The notes: generated by a model from the sequence alone, not told the origin. A stretch of 64,000 bases of DNA from Desulfobacterales bacterium (GCA_041299705.1 JBGLNM010000001.1:722714-786713), one strand, 5' to 3'. Shown: positions 47,593 to 57,084, counted from the stretch's first letter. Numbers and translations: made by a program.

Positions 47593-48279
47593 TCAGTCCT
47601 CCAGCTTTTCCCCCTCCATCGCGGCGATGGCGGTTTCACAGCGCGCGATGTAGAGGAGGGCCTCCTGATGGATACCCACATCCGGGTATCTGGAAATCAC
47701 CCGCCGGAAGCGCTCGAGGGCGCCGTGGTAGCGCTCGTCCTTGTAGTAGAAGACCCCCACCCGGAACTCCGCCTCGGCCATGCTCTTCAAGGCCAGGTTG
47801 ATGCGCTCCCGGGCCCTGGCGGCATAAGGGCTGTCGGGGTGCTGCCGGACCAGGCGCTGAAAGGTCTCGATGGCCCTGCGGGTCGGGGTCTGGTCCCGGT
47901 CGGAAGTGGAGATCTGCTCGAAATGGCACATCCCGATCTGGTAGACGACGTAGGGGATGGCCTCGTTGCGGGGATGGAGGTTCTCGAAGGATTCGTAGGC
48001 CTCGACGGCTTCCTCGTACTGTTGCAGCTTGTAGTGGGCGTCGGCGATTTTCAGCTCGGCCAGGATGGCGTATTTGCTGAACGGGTACCAGTCCTTGAGC
48101 TTTTCGAAGGTTTCGATGGAACGCTTGTACCAGCCGGAATTGTACTCGTCCATCCCGTCGAAGGCGAGCTCCTGGGCGTTTCTGTCCTCCTCTCCCCCCA
48201 GGCCGAACCACTCCTTCACGCTCGAACAGCCCGAGAGGATCGTCAGACAGGCAACCAGGAGAATGAGGCCTCGTTTCAT
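47593..48279 (-). CDS. bamD: Outer-membrane protein assembly factor BamD (lipoprotein, TPR-like)
   Basis: Lipobox LTILSGCSS. YKRSIETFEKLKDWYPFSKYA..AELKIADAHYK..A...Y..F..LHP. Confidence 0.8.
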   Translation of the reverse strand: MKRGLILLVACLTILSGCSSVKEWFGLGGEEDRNAQELAFDGMDEYNSGWYKRSIETFEKLKDWYPFSKYAILAELKIADAHYKLQQYEEAVEAYESFENLHPRNEAIPYVVYQIGMCHFEQISTSDRDQTPTRRAIETFQRLVRQHPDSPYAARARERINLALKSMAEAEFRVGVFYYKDERYHGALERFRRVISRYPDVGIHQEALLYIARCETAIAAMEGEKLED

Positions 48280-48391
48280 GCTACCTTCCGTGGGCCGGGG
48301 GGACGAACCGCCCCCGGGCGGGAGGCGGGGGCCCCGGGGCCATGGAGGCCGCCGGGCGATAGGGAAAACCGCTTTCCCGGCAGCCGCGGGA

Positions 48392-48718
48392 CTAAACGAT
48401 CTTGTTGAGGGAGGATTCCAGGCGCGACTTGGCCACCATGCCGGTGATCTGGTCGACCACATCGCCGTCCTTGAAGAAAATCAGGGTCGGGATGGCCTTG
48501 ATACCGTATTTCCCGGGCGTCAGGGGGTTGTCGTCCACATTGCATTTCAGGAACTTGACCTTGGACCCGAAGGTCGCCGCCAGGTCTTCGACGATGGGCC
48601 CGATGGCCTTGCACGGGCCGCACCACGGGGCCCAGAAATCCACCATTACCGGTTTGTCGGACTGCAACACCTCACTCTCAAAGCCGCTGTCGCTGACTTC
48701 CGCAATGCTTTCTGACAT
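48392..48718 (-). CDS. trxA: Thioredoxin
   Basis: VMVDFWAPWCGPCK..IPTLIFFKDG. 108 aa. Confidence 0.92.
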   Translation of the reverse strand: MSESIAEVSDSGFESEVLQSDKPVMVDFWAPWCGPCKAIGPIVEDLAATFGSKVKFLKCNVDDNPLTPGKYGIKAIPTLIFFKDGDVVDQITGMVAKSRLESSLNKIV

Positions 48719-48763
48719 GGGATGGGTTCCTTTCCTGGGGGGACGGGGGTAAAAATTGCTGCC

Positions 48764-48792
48764 AATATAGTGGCCCCGGCCGGACTTGTCAA
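48764..48792 (-). promoter_or_regulatory. Sigma70-type promoter for trxA (TTGACA-17 nt-TATATT)
   Basis: On the minus strand, TTGACA lies at 48792-48787 and TATATT at 48769-48764, about 45 nt upstream of the trxA ATG. Confidence 0.6.
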
Positions 48793-49030
48793 CTCGGCCG
48801 GTCCCGCGGCCGCCCGGGCGCATCGCGGATGGAAACGTTTCCGGGGTCCGGCTGCCCATCCGGCGGCTTGACGAAGTCAGCCGAATCCCGCTATAGACGA
48901 GGGGGTCGGCCGGTTCCCCGGTCCGCCCGTGCATCCGTGAGCCGCCGGAACCGCGCGCGCCGGGAGGCGTTCGCCGGTTCACCCCTTTACCGGGGCACCG
49001 TAAACCTGCCCCCCAGCGAGGTTGCCACCG

Positions 49031-49831
49031 ATGAAACGACCCATTCGAATCGGCGCGCTGATTTCCGGCTCCGGGACCAACCTGCAGGCGGTCATCGATG
49101 CCTGCGGGGCCGGCCGGATCGACGGGCGGGTCGTGTTCGTCGGCGCGGACCGGCCCGGCGCCGCCGGCCTCGAGCGCGCCCGCGGGCGGGGAATTCCCGC
49201 CTTCGTGGTCGATTACGGCGAGATCATCCGGGAGTTCAAAAGCGACCCCCGGGCCGCGGCCCTCCCGCCCGACTTCGACTGGACCGCGGCGGCGGCCAGG
49301 CAGCGCCTCTTCCCCCCCGGGACGGCCTCCCGCAAGCTGGAAACCCATCTCAAGACCAGGGCCCTGGCCGAAACGCGCCTCCTGCGCGAGATGGCGGCGC
49401 ACCCCTTCGACCTGCTGGTCCTGGCCGGCTTCATGCGCACCCTGACGCCGTTTTTCATCGACCGGGTCTCGCCCGATCCCGACCGGCCGCGGATCATGAA
49501 CATCCACCCCGCGCTGCTGCCGGCTTTTCCGGGCGCCGACGGCTACGGCGACACCTTCCACCACGGCTGCAAGGTCGGCGGCTGCACGGTGCACTTCGTC
49601 GACTACGGGGAGGATTCCGGGCCGATCATCGGCCAGCGCGCCTTCGCCATCGACCCCGGGGACACCCTCGAGACGGTCCGCGCCAAGGGCCTGTGCCTTG
49701 AGTGGGCGCTCTATCCCGCCTGCATCCAGCTCTTCGCCGAGGGGCGCCTGGAGATACGCCGCCCCAACCGCCCGGCCGCGGGCGCCGGGCCGGCCAGGCG
49801 GGTGGTGGCGGTTGTGCCTAAAGCATCCTGA
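49031..49831 (+). CDS. purN: Phosphoribosylglycinamide formyltransferase (with a ~45-aa insertion relative to E. coli PurN)
   Basis: IGALISGSGTNLQAVIDA..LLVLAGFMR..NIHPALLPAFPG..GCTVHFV. Confidence 0.85.
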   Translation: MKRPIRIGALISGSGTNLQAVIDACGAGRIDGRVVFVGADRPGAAGLERARGRGIPAFVVDYGEIIREFKSDPRAAALPPDFDWTAAAARQRLFPPGTASRKLETHLKTRALAETRLLREMAAHPFDLLVLAGFMRTLTPFFIDRVSPDPDRPRIMNIHPALLPAFPGADGYGDTFHHGCKVGGCTVHFVDYGEDSGPIIGQRAFAIDPGDTLETVRAKGLCLEWALYPACIQLFAEGRLEIRRPNRPAAGAGPARRVVAVVPKAS

Positions 49832-50030
49832 CCAGGAGCGGAACCGCCACCAGGGTGCCGAGGGAGCTGCCGATGTTGGTGAACACCACCACGAGCAGAA
49901 CCCGCGTCACCTTGTTGCGCCAGAATCCCCGCAGCGAGCGGATGTCCTGCTGGAGGGCCTCGAAGTCCCTGACCTTGGGCCGGCTGGAGAAGGCCTGGAC
50001 CAGGCCGGAGACCCAGCCCGCGGCCACCAT
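49818..50030 (-). CDS. Hypothetical small ORF or C-terminal fragment with one TM segment
   Basis: VTRVLLVVVFTNIGSSLGTLVAVPLLV. The frame stays open upstream of the ATG to the ~50040 breakpoint. Confidence 0.3.
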   Translation of the reverse strand: MVAAGWVSGLVQAFSSRPKVRDFEALQQDIRSLRGFWRNKVTRVLLVVVFTNIGSSLGTLVAVPLLVRML

Positions 50031-50044
50031 GGGGTGCAGGGATG

Positions 50045-50275
50045 TCAGGGGTGCCGCCCTCGGCCATCATCGGCCGGGATCAGGGTGGTGAATCCCTCGT
50101 CCATGGAAAGGGCCGGGAGCCGGACCAGCTTCACGCCCCCGGGAAGAGGCATATCGACCCGCCGGCCGCCCACCACGAGGGTCACGTCGTGGCCGGCCAG
50201 GCCCCTGGCGATCTCCAGGCTCCTGAAGAAATGCCCCATCCCGAAAACGTACTGGCAGTAAAAGACGACCCTCAT
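50045..50275 (-). pseudogene. N-terminal ~70 codons of a glycosyltransferase paralogous to 51054-52235
   Basis: MRVVFYCQYVFGMGHFFRSLEIARGLAGHDVTLVVGG compares with MKILIYCQHVLGLGHFFRTLEICRALEGHRVTLVSGG. It breaks off at ~50050. Confidence 0.7.
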
Positions 50276-51057
50276 GGGCCCAGGTCCCTGAAGTCGACCC
50301 AGCGGACGGCGCTGCGCCGCCCCAAGAGCGCGAGCAGGCCGTCGATGAATTCGAGGGCCGCCGCGTTCATCCTCCGGTGGTGGATCATGACGCCGCAGCG
50401 GCCGCCGGCCAGGCCGGCTTCCAGCTCGTGAAGCAGCCCCCGCCACCCCGCGGCCGCTTCCGGCTCCCTCCGGGTGTGAAGATCGACGTCCACCGCCAGG
50501 TCCGGCAGCCCGGGCGGGGCCGGTGGTCGGGCGCCCGCGCGACGCGACACCGCCCGGTACCCGAGGCGCGCCAGGGCCTCGAGGGTCCGCCCGTCGCACC
50601 GGTTCCAGGGGGGGGTGAACACCGGGGTAAAATCGGTTCCCAGGATCTCCTCGAGGCGCCGGCGGCCGCGGGCCAGGTCGGCCTCCAGGTCCCCTCCCGG
50701 CCGGGAGGGGCCGAATTCCTGCTTGCGGCCCTCGGCCTCGTGGTTGGCGTGGCGCCAGCCGTGCTGGTGCCCACACCAGCGCCGGCAATCGTTTGCGGCC
50801 AGGCGCGAGAGCGCCCGCCAGCGGGCGGCGGTGAGCCAGGCCGGCACCACCGCCAGGTTCAGGGGCACCCGCCGGCAGGAGAAGGCTTCCAGGAGGCGAC
50901 GAAAATTTTCCCCCGGCGCCGCGACGTCGTCGGCCCGGAAAAAGACCTCCACCGGGCCGGCGGCCGCGGCCAGCGCCCTGTCCACGCAGCGCGCCAGGCG
51001 GGCGGGCGTGTCTCCCGGCACCCGGTGCCAGAGGGCCGCGGCCCTTGCGGCGCTCAT
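50272..51057 (-). CDS. Polysaccharide-deacetylase-like (NodB-type) protein
   Basis: FFRADDV..HGWRHANHE..FTPPWNRCD pattern. ATGA start/stop overlaps with both neighbouring genes. Confidence 0.5.
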   Translation of the reverse strand: MSAARAAALWHRVPGDTPARLARCVDRALAAAAGPVEVFFRADDVAAPGENFRRLLEAFSCRRVPLNLAVVPAWLTAARWRALSRLAANDCRRWCGHQHGWRHANHEAEGRKQEFGPSRPGGDLEADLARGRRRLEEILGTDFTPVFTPPWNRCDGRTLEALARLGYRAVSRRAGARPPAPPGLPDLAVDVDLHTRREPEAAAGWRGLLHELEAGLAGGRCGVMIHHRRMNAAALEFIDGLLALLGRRSAVRWVDFRDLGP

Positions 51058-52235
51058 GGGGCGGGGGGCCCCTTTTCCAGGCCGCCCGGGAGCGCGTCGA
51101 CCCAGTGCGCGGTGAACCGGGCGCCGTCCAGGTCGACGCTCCCCAGGGGCCGGCGCCCGTCCCTCAGGCCGCGCTCCATGGCGGCCGCCAGGCGGGCCGG
51201 CTCGAGATCGGCGTCCGCCAGGACCGTGAGGGGCGCCAGGCCGGAGAGGCGCTCGGCGCGCATGCGCTGCTCGCGGTTCAACCCGAAAGGCCACACCAGG
51301 GCGGGCACCCGCGCGGCCAGGATGTTCATGCAGGTGTTGTAGCCTCCCATGCTGACGGACAGGTCGGCGGCGGCCAGGTAGGCCGGGAAATCGGCCGCAA
51401 ACCGGCTCACCCGCGTCCGCTGACCCGCGCGCGCCGCGATGCGCGCGAACGCGGCCGGATCCATGTAGGGCCCCGTGAAGACCTGCAGGTGCGCCCCGAA
51501 GCGTTGGTCGAGGAGTTCCAGGGCCTGCACCGCCGTTTCCAGCAGGGGAGCGCCCACCTTGCCGCCCCCGGCGCTCGCCACCACCAGCGTCTCGCCGTCG
51601 GCAAGCCCGAGGCGCCGGCGGGTCGCGGACCGGTCTCCGGGGGCCGGCTTCGGGGTGACGAAACCGGTGTAGACCACCGGGACGGAGATGTCCGCGCAGC
51701 GTGTGAAGGTCTCTTCCAGGGTGAACACGGACGGGTCGGCGTGGATCAGCAGGGCGTCGAAATACCGGTTCAGGGTCGTGACGATCCGCGCCTCGACCTT
51801 TTCCGGGTCCTGCCGTTCGACCAGGATGTCCCTCAGGCTGCAGACCACCCGGGCGCGGGGCAGGGTCCCGCGGCGAATGCCTTCCAGGACCGGGTCCAGC
51901 TCGAATCGGAAAGCCTTGCGCCCGAAAGGGTAGAGCTCCAGCATGAAAAGGTCCGGGGCCTCGCGGGCGAAAAGGTCCAGGAGGGTTTGCCGGCGCTCCT
52001 CCTTGACGGTTTCCACCGGCCGGTCGGCAGAGACGGCCAGGAGGCCCTGGAACTCCCGGTTCATCCTCAGCTCCGGGAGGCGCACGACGCGCAGGTGTTC
52101 GGGCAGCCGGGCCTCCAGGCGCGGGCCGCCGCTGACCAGGGTCACCCTGTGGCCCTCCAGGGCGCGGCAGATCTCCAGGGTCCTGAAAAAATGGCCCAGG
52201 CCGAGCACGTGCTGGCAGTAGATCAGGATCTTCAT
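51054..52235 (-). CDS. GT-B fold glycosyltransferase (MJ1255/MurG-C-terminal-like)
   Basis: N-terminal IYCQHVLGLGHFFR and C-terminal SMGGYNT motif. Paralog of 55618-56808. Confidence 0.65.
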   Translation of the reverse strand: MKILIYCQHVLGLGHFFRTLEICRALEGHRVTLVSGGPRLEARLPEHLRVVRLPELRMNREFQGLLAVSADRPVETVKEERRQTLLDLFAREAPDLFMLELYPFGRKAFRFELDPVLEGIRRGTLPRARVVCSLRDILVERQDPEKVEARIVTTLNRYFDALLIHADPSVFTLEETFTRCADISVPVVYTGFVTPKPAPGDRSATRRRLGLADGETLVVASAGGGKVGAPLLETAVQALELLDQRFGAHLQVFTGPYMDPAAFARIAARAGQRTRVSRFAADFPAYLAAADLSVSMGGYNTCMNILAARVPALVWPFGLNREQRMRAERLSGLAPLTVLADADLEPARLAAAMERGLRDGRRPLGSVDLDGARFTAHWVDALPGGLEKGPPAP

Positions 52236-52238
52236 CGG

Positions 52239-52925
52239 CTACCCGGCGTCCGCGGTGATGAAATCGGCCTCGTCAGCCGGCGGCTCTGCGGGCGGGCGCC
52301 CTTCGAGATCCAGGGCGTTGAGCCGCTCGACCCCCAGGACGCCCCGGGCGTGGACCAGGCGGTGGAGGTGGCCGGACATGAGCAGGGGCGGCTCGCCCGG
52401 CAGGAAACTGCGCCCCAGCAGGCCGTTGACCAGGCAGCGGATCATCCCGGCGTGGGTCACCACCAGGATCCGCCCCCCCGGCCAGCGCCCGGCCGCCCGG
52501 CAGAGGGCCTCGGCGCCCCTGCGGCAGACCGCCTCCCGGCTTTCCCCCCCGGGGGGGCAAAAGCGCCAGCCCAGGTGGGTGTAGCGTCCGGCCAGGTCGG
52601 GGACCTCTTGCAGGAGGTCGTCCACCCTTTTCCCGGACCATGCGCCCCAATCCTGTTCGCGCAGCCGCCGGTCGCGCCCCAGGGGGAGCCCCAGCGCCCG
52701 GTTGACCCGCTCCGCCGTGGCGGCTGCCCGCCCCAGGTCGCTGGCGATGACCCGGTCCCACCCCTCGGCCGCGAGGCGCGCACCCCAGCGCAAGGCCTTT
52801 TTTTCGCCTGCCGGCGTCAGGGGGCTGTCGCGATGGCCCTGGATCCGCTTTTCCCTGTTCCAGAGCGTCTCGGCGTGGCGGATGAGGCCGAAGCGGGTTT
52901 CCATTTCAGGAGTGTCGTCGCTCAT
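52239..52925 (-). CDS. Histidine phosphatase family protein (phosphoglycerate-mutase-like)
   Basis: LIRHAET catalytic RHG-type motif and a later VVTHAGMIR. Confidence 0.8.
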   Translation of the reverse strand: MSDDTPEMETRFGLIRHAETLWNREKRIQGHRDSPLTPAGEKKALRWGARLAAEGWDRVIASDLGRAAATAERVNRALGLPLGRDRRLREQDWGAWSGKRVDDLLQEVPDLAGRYTHLGWRFCPPGGESREAVCRRGAEALCRAAGRWPGGRILVVTHAGMIRCLVNGLLGRSFLPGEPPLLMSGHLHRLVHARGVLGVERLNALDLEGRPPAEPPADEADFITADAG

Positions 52926-52968
52926 TTGAGCCCATTGCCGGGTCCCCCCCCCGGATCGCAAATCTTTA

Positions 52969-53040
52969 GTCGTAATCGTTGTCGTTGTCGTTGTCGTAAT
53001 CGTAATCGTAATCGTAATCGTAATCCATTTCGATTTCGAA
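52969..53040. repeat. Hexanucleotide microsatellite block, 12 units of NTCGTN: (CGTTGT)3, (CGTAAT)5, (ATTTCG)2
   Basis: Read directly from the sequence. It lies in the 130-nt gap between the GT4 stop and the phosphatase start. Confidence 0.9.
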
Positions 53041-53055
53041 CCACATGCCCGACGC

Positions 53056-54201
53056 TTATTTTCGCGCCGTCCGTGCCGCCACCGCCCCCCTCCCCCGGAC
53101 CAGCGCCTCCAGCACCGTGTCGACAACCTCGTAGTTGCGGTCAAGGTCGTGCTCCCGGCGGATTCTCGCGGCGGCGGCCGCACCCATCCGGCGGCGGCGC
53201 TCCGGGTCCGCCAGAAGGGTGTCCACGGCCTCGGCGAACCGGGGCTCGTCGCGCAGGGGCACCAGGAGCCCGGTCTCGCCGCGCCCCACGACCTCGGGGA
53301 CCCCGCCGTTGTCGAAGGCCACCACCGGTAGGCCGCAGGACTGCGCCTCCAGGTAGACCATCCCCAGCGACTCGCCGATGCCCGGGAACGCGAACAGGTC
53401 GCCGGCGCTGTAAAAACGATGCATCCGGCCGCGGTCGATCCTGCCGGCGAACCGCACCCGGCCGGGCAGCTGGTCCGCCGCCAGGGCTTCGAGGCGCCTG
53501 CGCTCGCGCCCGTCCCCGGCGATCGCCAGGAAAAACCGCCGCCCCTCCCGGTGCAGCCTGCCGCAGGCCCTGATGAGGCAGGCCAGGCCCTCGGTCTTGA
53601 CATCCGCGCGGAACATGGCCGCCGCCAGGACCACCGGGTCGTCCCCCACCTCCCAGTCGCTGCGCAGGCGCTCGCGGGCGCGGGGGTCGAAGGTGAAGTC
53701 CTCCGGCGTGATGCCGGGCGGCACGTAGGTCAGGCGACCCTCCGGGAGGATGCGCCTCAGGTTGACCAGGTCCACCGCCTTGTTGGTGAGGACGTGGTCC
53801 GCGGCCTCCAGGGCGCGGGTGTTCAGCCGGAACCCCGGCCAGGTGCGGATGTCGCGCCGGCGCTTGGTGGCGTAAATCCCCTGGAAGATCACGTAGGGGA
53901 GCCCGAAGCGCCTCGCCATTTCGGGCCCGAGCAGGTCGGGGGCCTTGTAATAGCTGTGGTAGGTCAGCCACAGGTCCGCAGGGTGCCCGCAGAGACGTCT
54001 CGCCATCCGCCGCCGGGATGCGAGCAGCCTCGGCAACAGCCAGGGGCGCCAATAGATCCATCGCGATCGCAGCGGATCGGCCAGGCTGACCTCGTGTCCC
54101 CGCCGCAGGAGAAACGCACACAGACCGGCGGCGATCACCACATCGCCGCTGGGGTGGCGGTGCCCCAACGGTTTGAAAGGGGTATAGAAAACGATCCGCA
54201 T
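53056..54201 (-). CDS. Family 4 (GT-B) glycosyltransferase
   Basis: MRIVFYTPF N-terminus and the EX7E region GESLGMVYLEAQSCGLPVVA..GGVPEVV..GETGLLVP. Confidence 0.8.
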   Translation of the reverse strand: MRIVFYTPFKPLGHRHPSGDVVIAAGLCAFLLRRGHEVSLADPLRSRWIYWRPWLLPRLLASRRRMARRLCGHPADLWLTYHSYYKAPDLLGPEMARRFGLPYVIFQGIYATKRRRDIRTWPGFRLNTRALEAADHVLTNKAVDLVNLRRILPEGRLTYVPPGITPEDFTFDPRARERLRSDWEVGDDPVVLAAAMFRADVKTEGLACLIRACGRLHREGRRFFLAIAGDGRERRRLEALAADQLPGRVRFAGRIDRGRMHRFYSAGDLFAFPGIGESLGMVYLEAQSCGLPVVAFDNGGVPEVVGRGETGLLVPLRDEPRFAEAVDTLLADPERRRRMGAAAAARIRREHDLDRNYEVVDTVLEALVRGRGAVAARTARK

Positions 54202-54301
54202 GCCGAGGCGGTCTGCCTTTTACCGCACGCTTTCGTGAAACTTAAGGAGTCTGCGCTATCGGGCGTTTTGAGGTGGTGCCCTTCGGAGCGGCGTTTCTCT
54301 T

Positions 54302-55615
54302 TCAACCATCTCCGCCGGCAGCGGACTTTGTCACTCCCAGGCCTTCCTTTTCGTAGATGGCGGCCAGCTGCCGGATCAGGAGGCCGTTGTCGAAATCCCG
54401 GACGACCCGCTGCCGCGCGGCCGCGATCACCCTGTGCCGCAGGGCCGGGTCGCCCAGCAGCCTGGCCATGGCCGCGGCCAGGGGGCCGGGCTCTCCGGGC
54501 GGCACCAGGAGGCCGCTGACCCCGTCTTCCACCAGCTCGGGAATGGCCGACACCCGGGTGGCGACCACCGGAACCCCCATGGCCATGCTCTCGGCCAGCA
54601 CGTTGGGAATGCCGTCCCTGTCCCCGTTGGCCGCCACCCGGCAGCCCAGCACGAAGAGGTCGGCCCGGCGATAGTGGTCCAGGACCACCTCGTGGGGCTG
54701 GGTGCCGAGGCGCTCGACCACGTCGTCGATCCCCAGGCGCCGGGCCAGGCCCTCGAGGGCCTGGCGCTCGCGGGGGTCCCCGTCGCCGATCAGGGTGTGG
54801 CGGAAAGCGAGCCCCTGGTCGCGCAGCCGGCGCAGGGCATGGTAGACGGTGGGCAGCCCCTTCTTCGCGATGATGCGCGCCACGGTGAGGATCCGCCGAG
54901 GCCCCGGCCGGCGTTCCGCCGGCTCCCCCGCGCCGGCGCGGAAGAGCCCCGGATCGATGCCGTGGTAGACCCGGTAGACGGGCGTCCGGACCGGCGCGCC
55001 GTACCGGCCGCCGCGGCCGATCCGCAGGAGGTGGTCCCGGTTGTACTCGGTGCAGGTGACCACGAAGCGCGCCAGGCCGATCTTCTCCCGCAGCTGGGAC
55101 GGGTCCGAGGTGTAGATGTCCTTGGCGTGGGCGGTAAAGCTGAACGGGAGTCCGCTCAGCCGGCTGGCGAACATCGCCACCGAGGCGGGCGAATGGGCGA
55201 AGTGGGCGTGCAGGTGGGCCACCCCGGTGCCGGGCAGGAGGCGTTCCACCAGGTACCCTGCCTGCAGGAGGTGCTTGAGGGTGGCGGCCTTGCGCGTCCG
55301 GCGCAGCCGCGCCAGGGCGACCGCCAGGGCCTGGCGGTAGGCCCGCGGGCGTCTCAGGGCCAGCCGCAGGTTGTGCAGGACCAGGGGGGCCAGGGACCGC
55401 AGCAGCTCCTGGGGCAGGTAATCGGCCGCGGCGCGGATCCGCTTGACGCTGGCGTGGGAAAAGGACTCCCGCGGGCGGCGCATGGAAAAAATGCGGATCG
55501 CGAAGCCGAGCCCTTCCAGCAGCAGGATTTCGTTGGAGATGAAGGTCTCGGAGATCCGCGGGTAGCCCTTGAGAATCATGCCCAGCACGGGGCGCGCGTC
55601 CATCTCCTCCGGCAT
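54302..55615 (-). CDS. Family 4 glycosyltransferase (WcaL-like)
   Basis: GYPRISETFISNEI..HAHFA..FTAHAKDI..DGIPNVLAESMAMGVPVVAT..SGLLVPPG. Confidence 0.8.
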   Translation of the reverse strand: MPEEMDARPVLGMILKGYPRISETFISNEILLLEGLGFAIRIFSMRRPRESFSHASVKRIRAAADYLPQELLRSLAPLVLHNLRLALRRPRAYRQALAVALARLRRTRKAATLKHLLQAGYLVERLLPGTGVAHLHAHFAHSPASVAMFASRLSGLPFSFTAHAKDIYTSDPSQLREKIGLARFVVTCTEYNRDHLLRIGRGGRYGAPVRTPVYRVYHGIDPGLFRAGAGEPAERRPGPRRILTVARIIAKKGLPTVYHALRRLRDQGLAFRHTLIGDGDPRERQALEGLARRLGIDDVVERLGTQPHEVVLDHYRRADLFVLGCRVAANGDRDGIPNVLAESMAMGVPVVATRVSAIPELVEDGVSGLLVPPGEPGPLAAAMARLLGDPALRHRVIAAARQRVVRDFDNGLLIRQLAAIYEKEGLGVTKSAAGGDG

Positions 55616-55617
55616 TC

Positions 55618-56808
55618 CTAACCCCTGAAATCCGAAAGCCGGTGGCACATGGCCTCCACCCCGGTGAAACGGAACCGGGCGATGGCGTCCTGAAACGGCT
55701 CGGGATGGTGCAGGAGGCGGTCGATCCCGGCATGGAGCGCTTCGGGGGTGAAGTCGCCCCAGGGGATGTAGTCGGCCAGGTGGTGGGCCCGGAAGGCCTG
55801 GGCCCGCAGCAGCTGCTCCCGGCGGGGGGTTTCGCGGGGGATGATGAGGCTGGTGCGCCTCTGGCTCAGGATCTCGCACAGGGTGTTGTAGCCGCCCATG
55901 CAGACCACCACGTCGGCCGCGGCGAGCATCTTTTCCATCTGGCGGAAAAAAGGGTAGGCGCGCACCCCCAGCCGCCGGGCCCGCCGGGACACGTCCGTGC
56001 GCTGCTGCTTGGGCATGAAGGGCCCGTTGATGAGCACGGACTCGAAGGGCGCCTTCCCGTTCATGGACTCGAGCATCCTGAGGTAGGTGTCCATCACGGG
56101 GTAGCCGTCGCCGCCGCCGCCGGTGGTGGCCACCACCAGTTTCTCGTCGTCGCCGACCTTCATCTCGCGCCGGAACTTCCTGACCGCCTCGCGGCCGGGC
56201 ACCTTGCGGGGGATGTAGCCGGTAAAGCGCACCTTGCGGCTGATGGCATCGGGGATCCCGTACTCCTTCACCGGGTCGTAGAACGCCTGGATCCCGTATA
56301 TCCAGATCTCCGTGTAGAGCCGGTCCAGCGATTCGTAGATGCCCTTCTCCTCCCAGTCCTTCCTCACCGTGGCCGCGTCGTCCATGATGTCCCGCAGGCC
56401 CAGGATGGTGCGCGTCCCGGGCAGGCAGCGCCGGATCCACTCCAGGGTCGGGAGGACCTCCTTCTTCAGGCCGAGGGGCTCCTTGTCGACGATGAACAGG
56501 TGCGGCTGAAAGGTCTTGGCGGTGGCGGTGATGATGTTCTTGCGGATTTCCAGGGCGTGCTCCGGGTTGATCTTGATGGAAAGCGGGAGATACTCCTCGT
56601 TGGTTTTCTTGATCATCCCCGGGATGCGCACGAAGTCGATCTGCTCGGGAAACGAGAAGCGGCCGGCGATGGGCGAGCCGGTCAGGATGAGGATGTTGAT
56701 CTGCGGGCCCCTGAGGTGCGAAGCGATCGCCATGGTGCGGCGGATGTGCCCCAACCCGTAAGTGTCGTGGGAATACATCAGGATGTTGAACGTGGAGTTG
56801 CCGCCCAT
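55618..56808 (-). CDS. GT-B fold glycosyltransferase (MJ1255-like), paralog of 51054-52235
   Basis: ILMYSHDTYGLGHIRR..VCMGGYNT. The start at MGGNSTF is preferred over the longer listed ORF. Confidence 0.65.
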   Translation of the reverse strand: MGGNSTFNILMYSHDTYGLGHIRRTMAIASHLRGPQINILILTGSPIAGRFSFPEQIDFVRIPGMIKKTNEEYLPLSIKINPEHALEIRKNIITATAKTFQPHLFIVDKEPLGLKKEVLPTLEWIRRCLPGTRTILGLRDIMDDAATVRKDWEEKGIYESLDRLYTEIWIYGIQAFYDPVKEYGIPDAISRKVRFTGYIPRKVPGREAVRKFRREMKVGDDEKLVVATTGGGGDGYPVMDTYLRMLESMNGKAPFESVLINGPFMPKQQRTDVSRRARRLGVRAYPFFRQMEKMLAAADVVVCMGGYNTLCEILSQRRTSLIIPRETPRREQLLRAQAFRAHHLADYIPWGDFTPEALHAGIDRLLHHPEPFQDAIARFRFTGVEAMCHRLSDFRG

Positions 56809-57084
56809 GGGGCTCCCGATCCGCTCGCAGCCGGCCTGGAAGATGCCTCGGTGGAACAAACAGGGGATTTCTATTGAAATGCGGCGCCTTTGTCAAGGAA
56901 CAGATGACATGGGCGGCGGGGCCGCCGGCGGGCGGGCGAAAGATTCGCGTGACAACGGGTGACGGGATGGATAAGATAAAAAAAAGAGGGTTCAGCCGAT
57001 CGCACGACGACCCGGGCCCTTGGGGCCGTCAAACGGCCGGCGGGCTGACGGGTCCGCCGGCCGAAGGATCCACCAGGAATCGCC

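Noticed and set aside
48719-49594. N-terminal ~290 codons of the 400-aa minus ORF 48392-49594
   Set aside because: Only the last 108 codons are thioredoxin, which has its own promoter and RBS. The upstream part is antisense to purN.
52969-53040. Possible CRISPR array or coding repeat at the hexamer tracts (also 61424-61459)
   Set aside because: The period is 6 nt with no spacers, the arrays are only 36-72 nt long, and there are no cas genes. These are microsatellites, not CRISPR.
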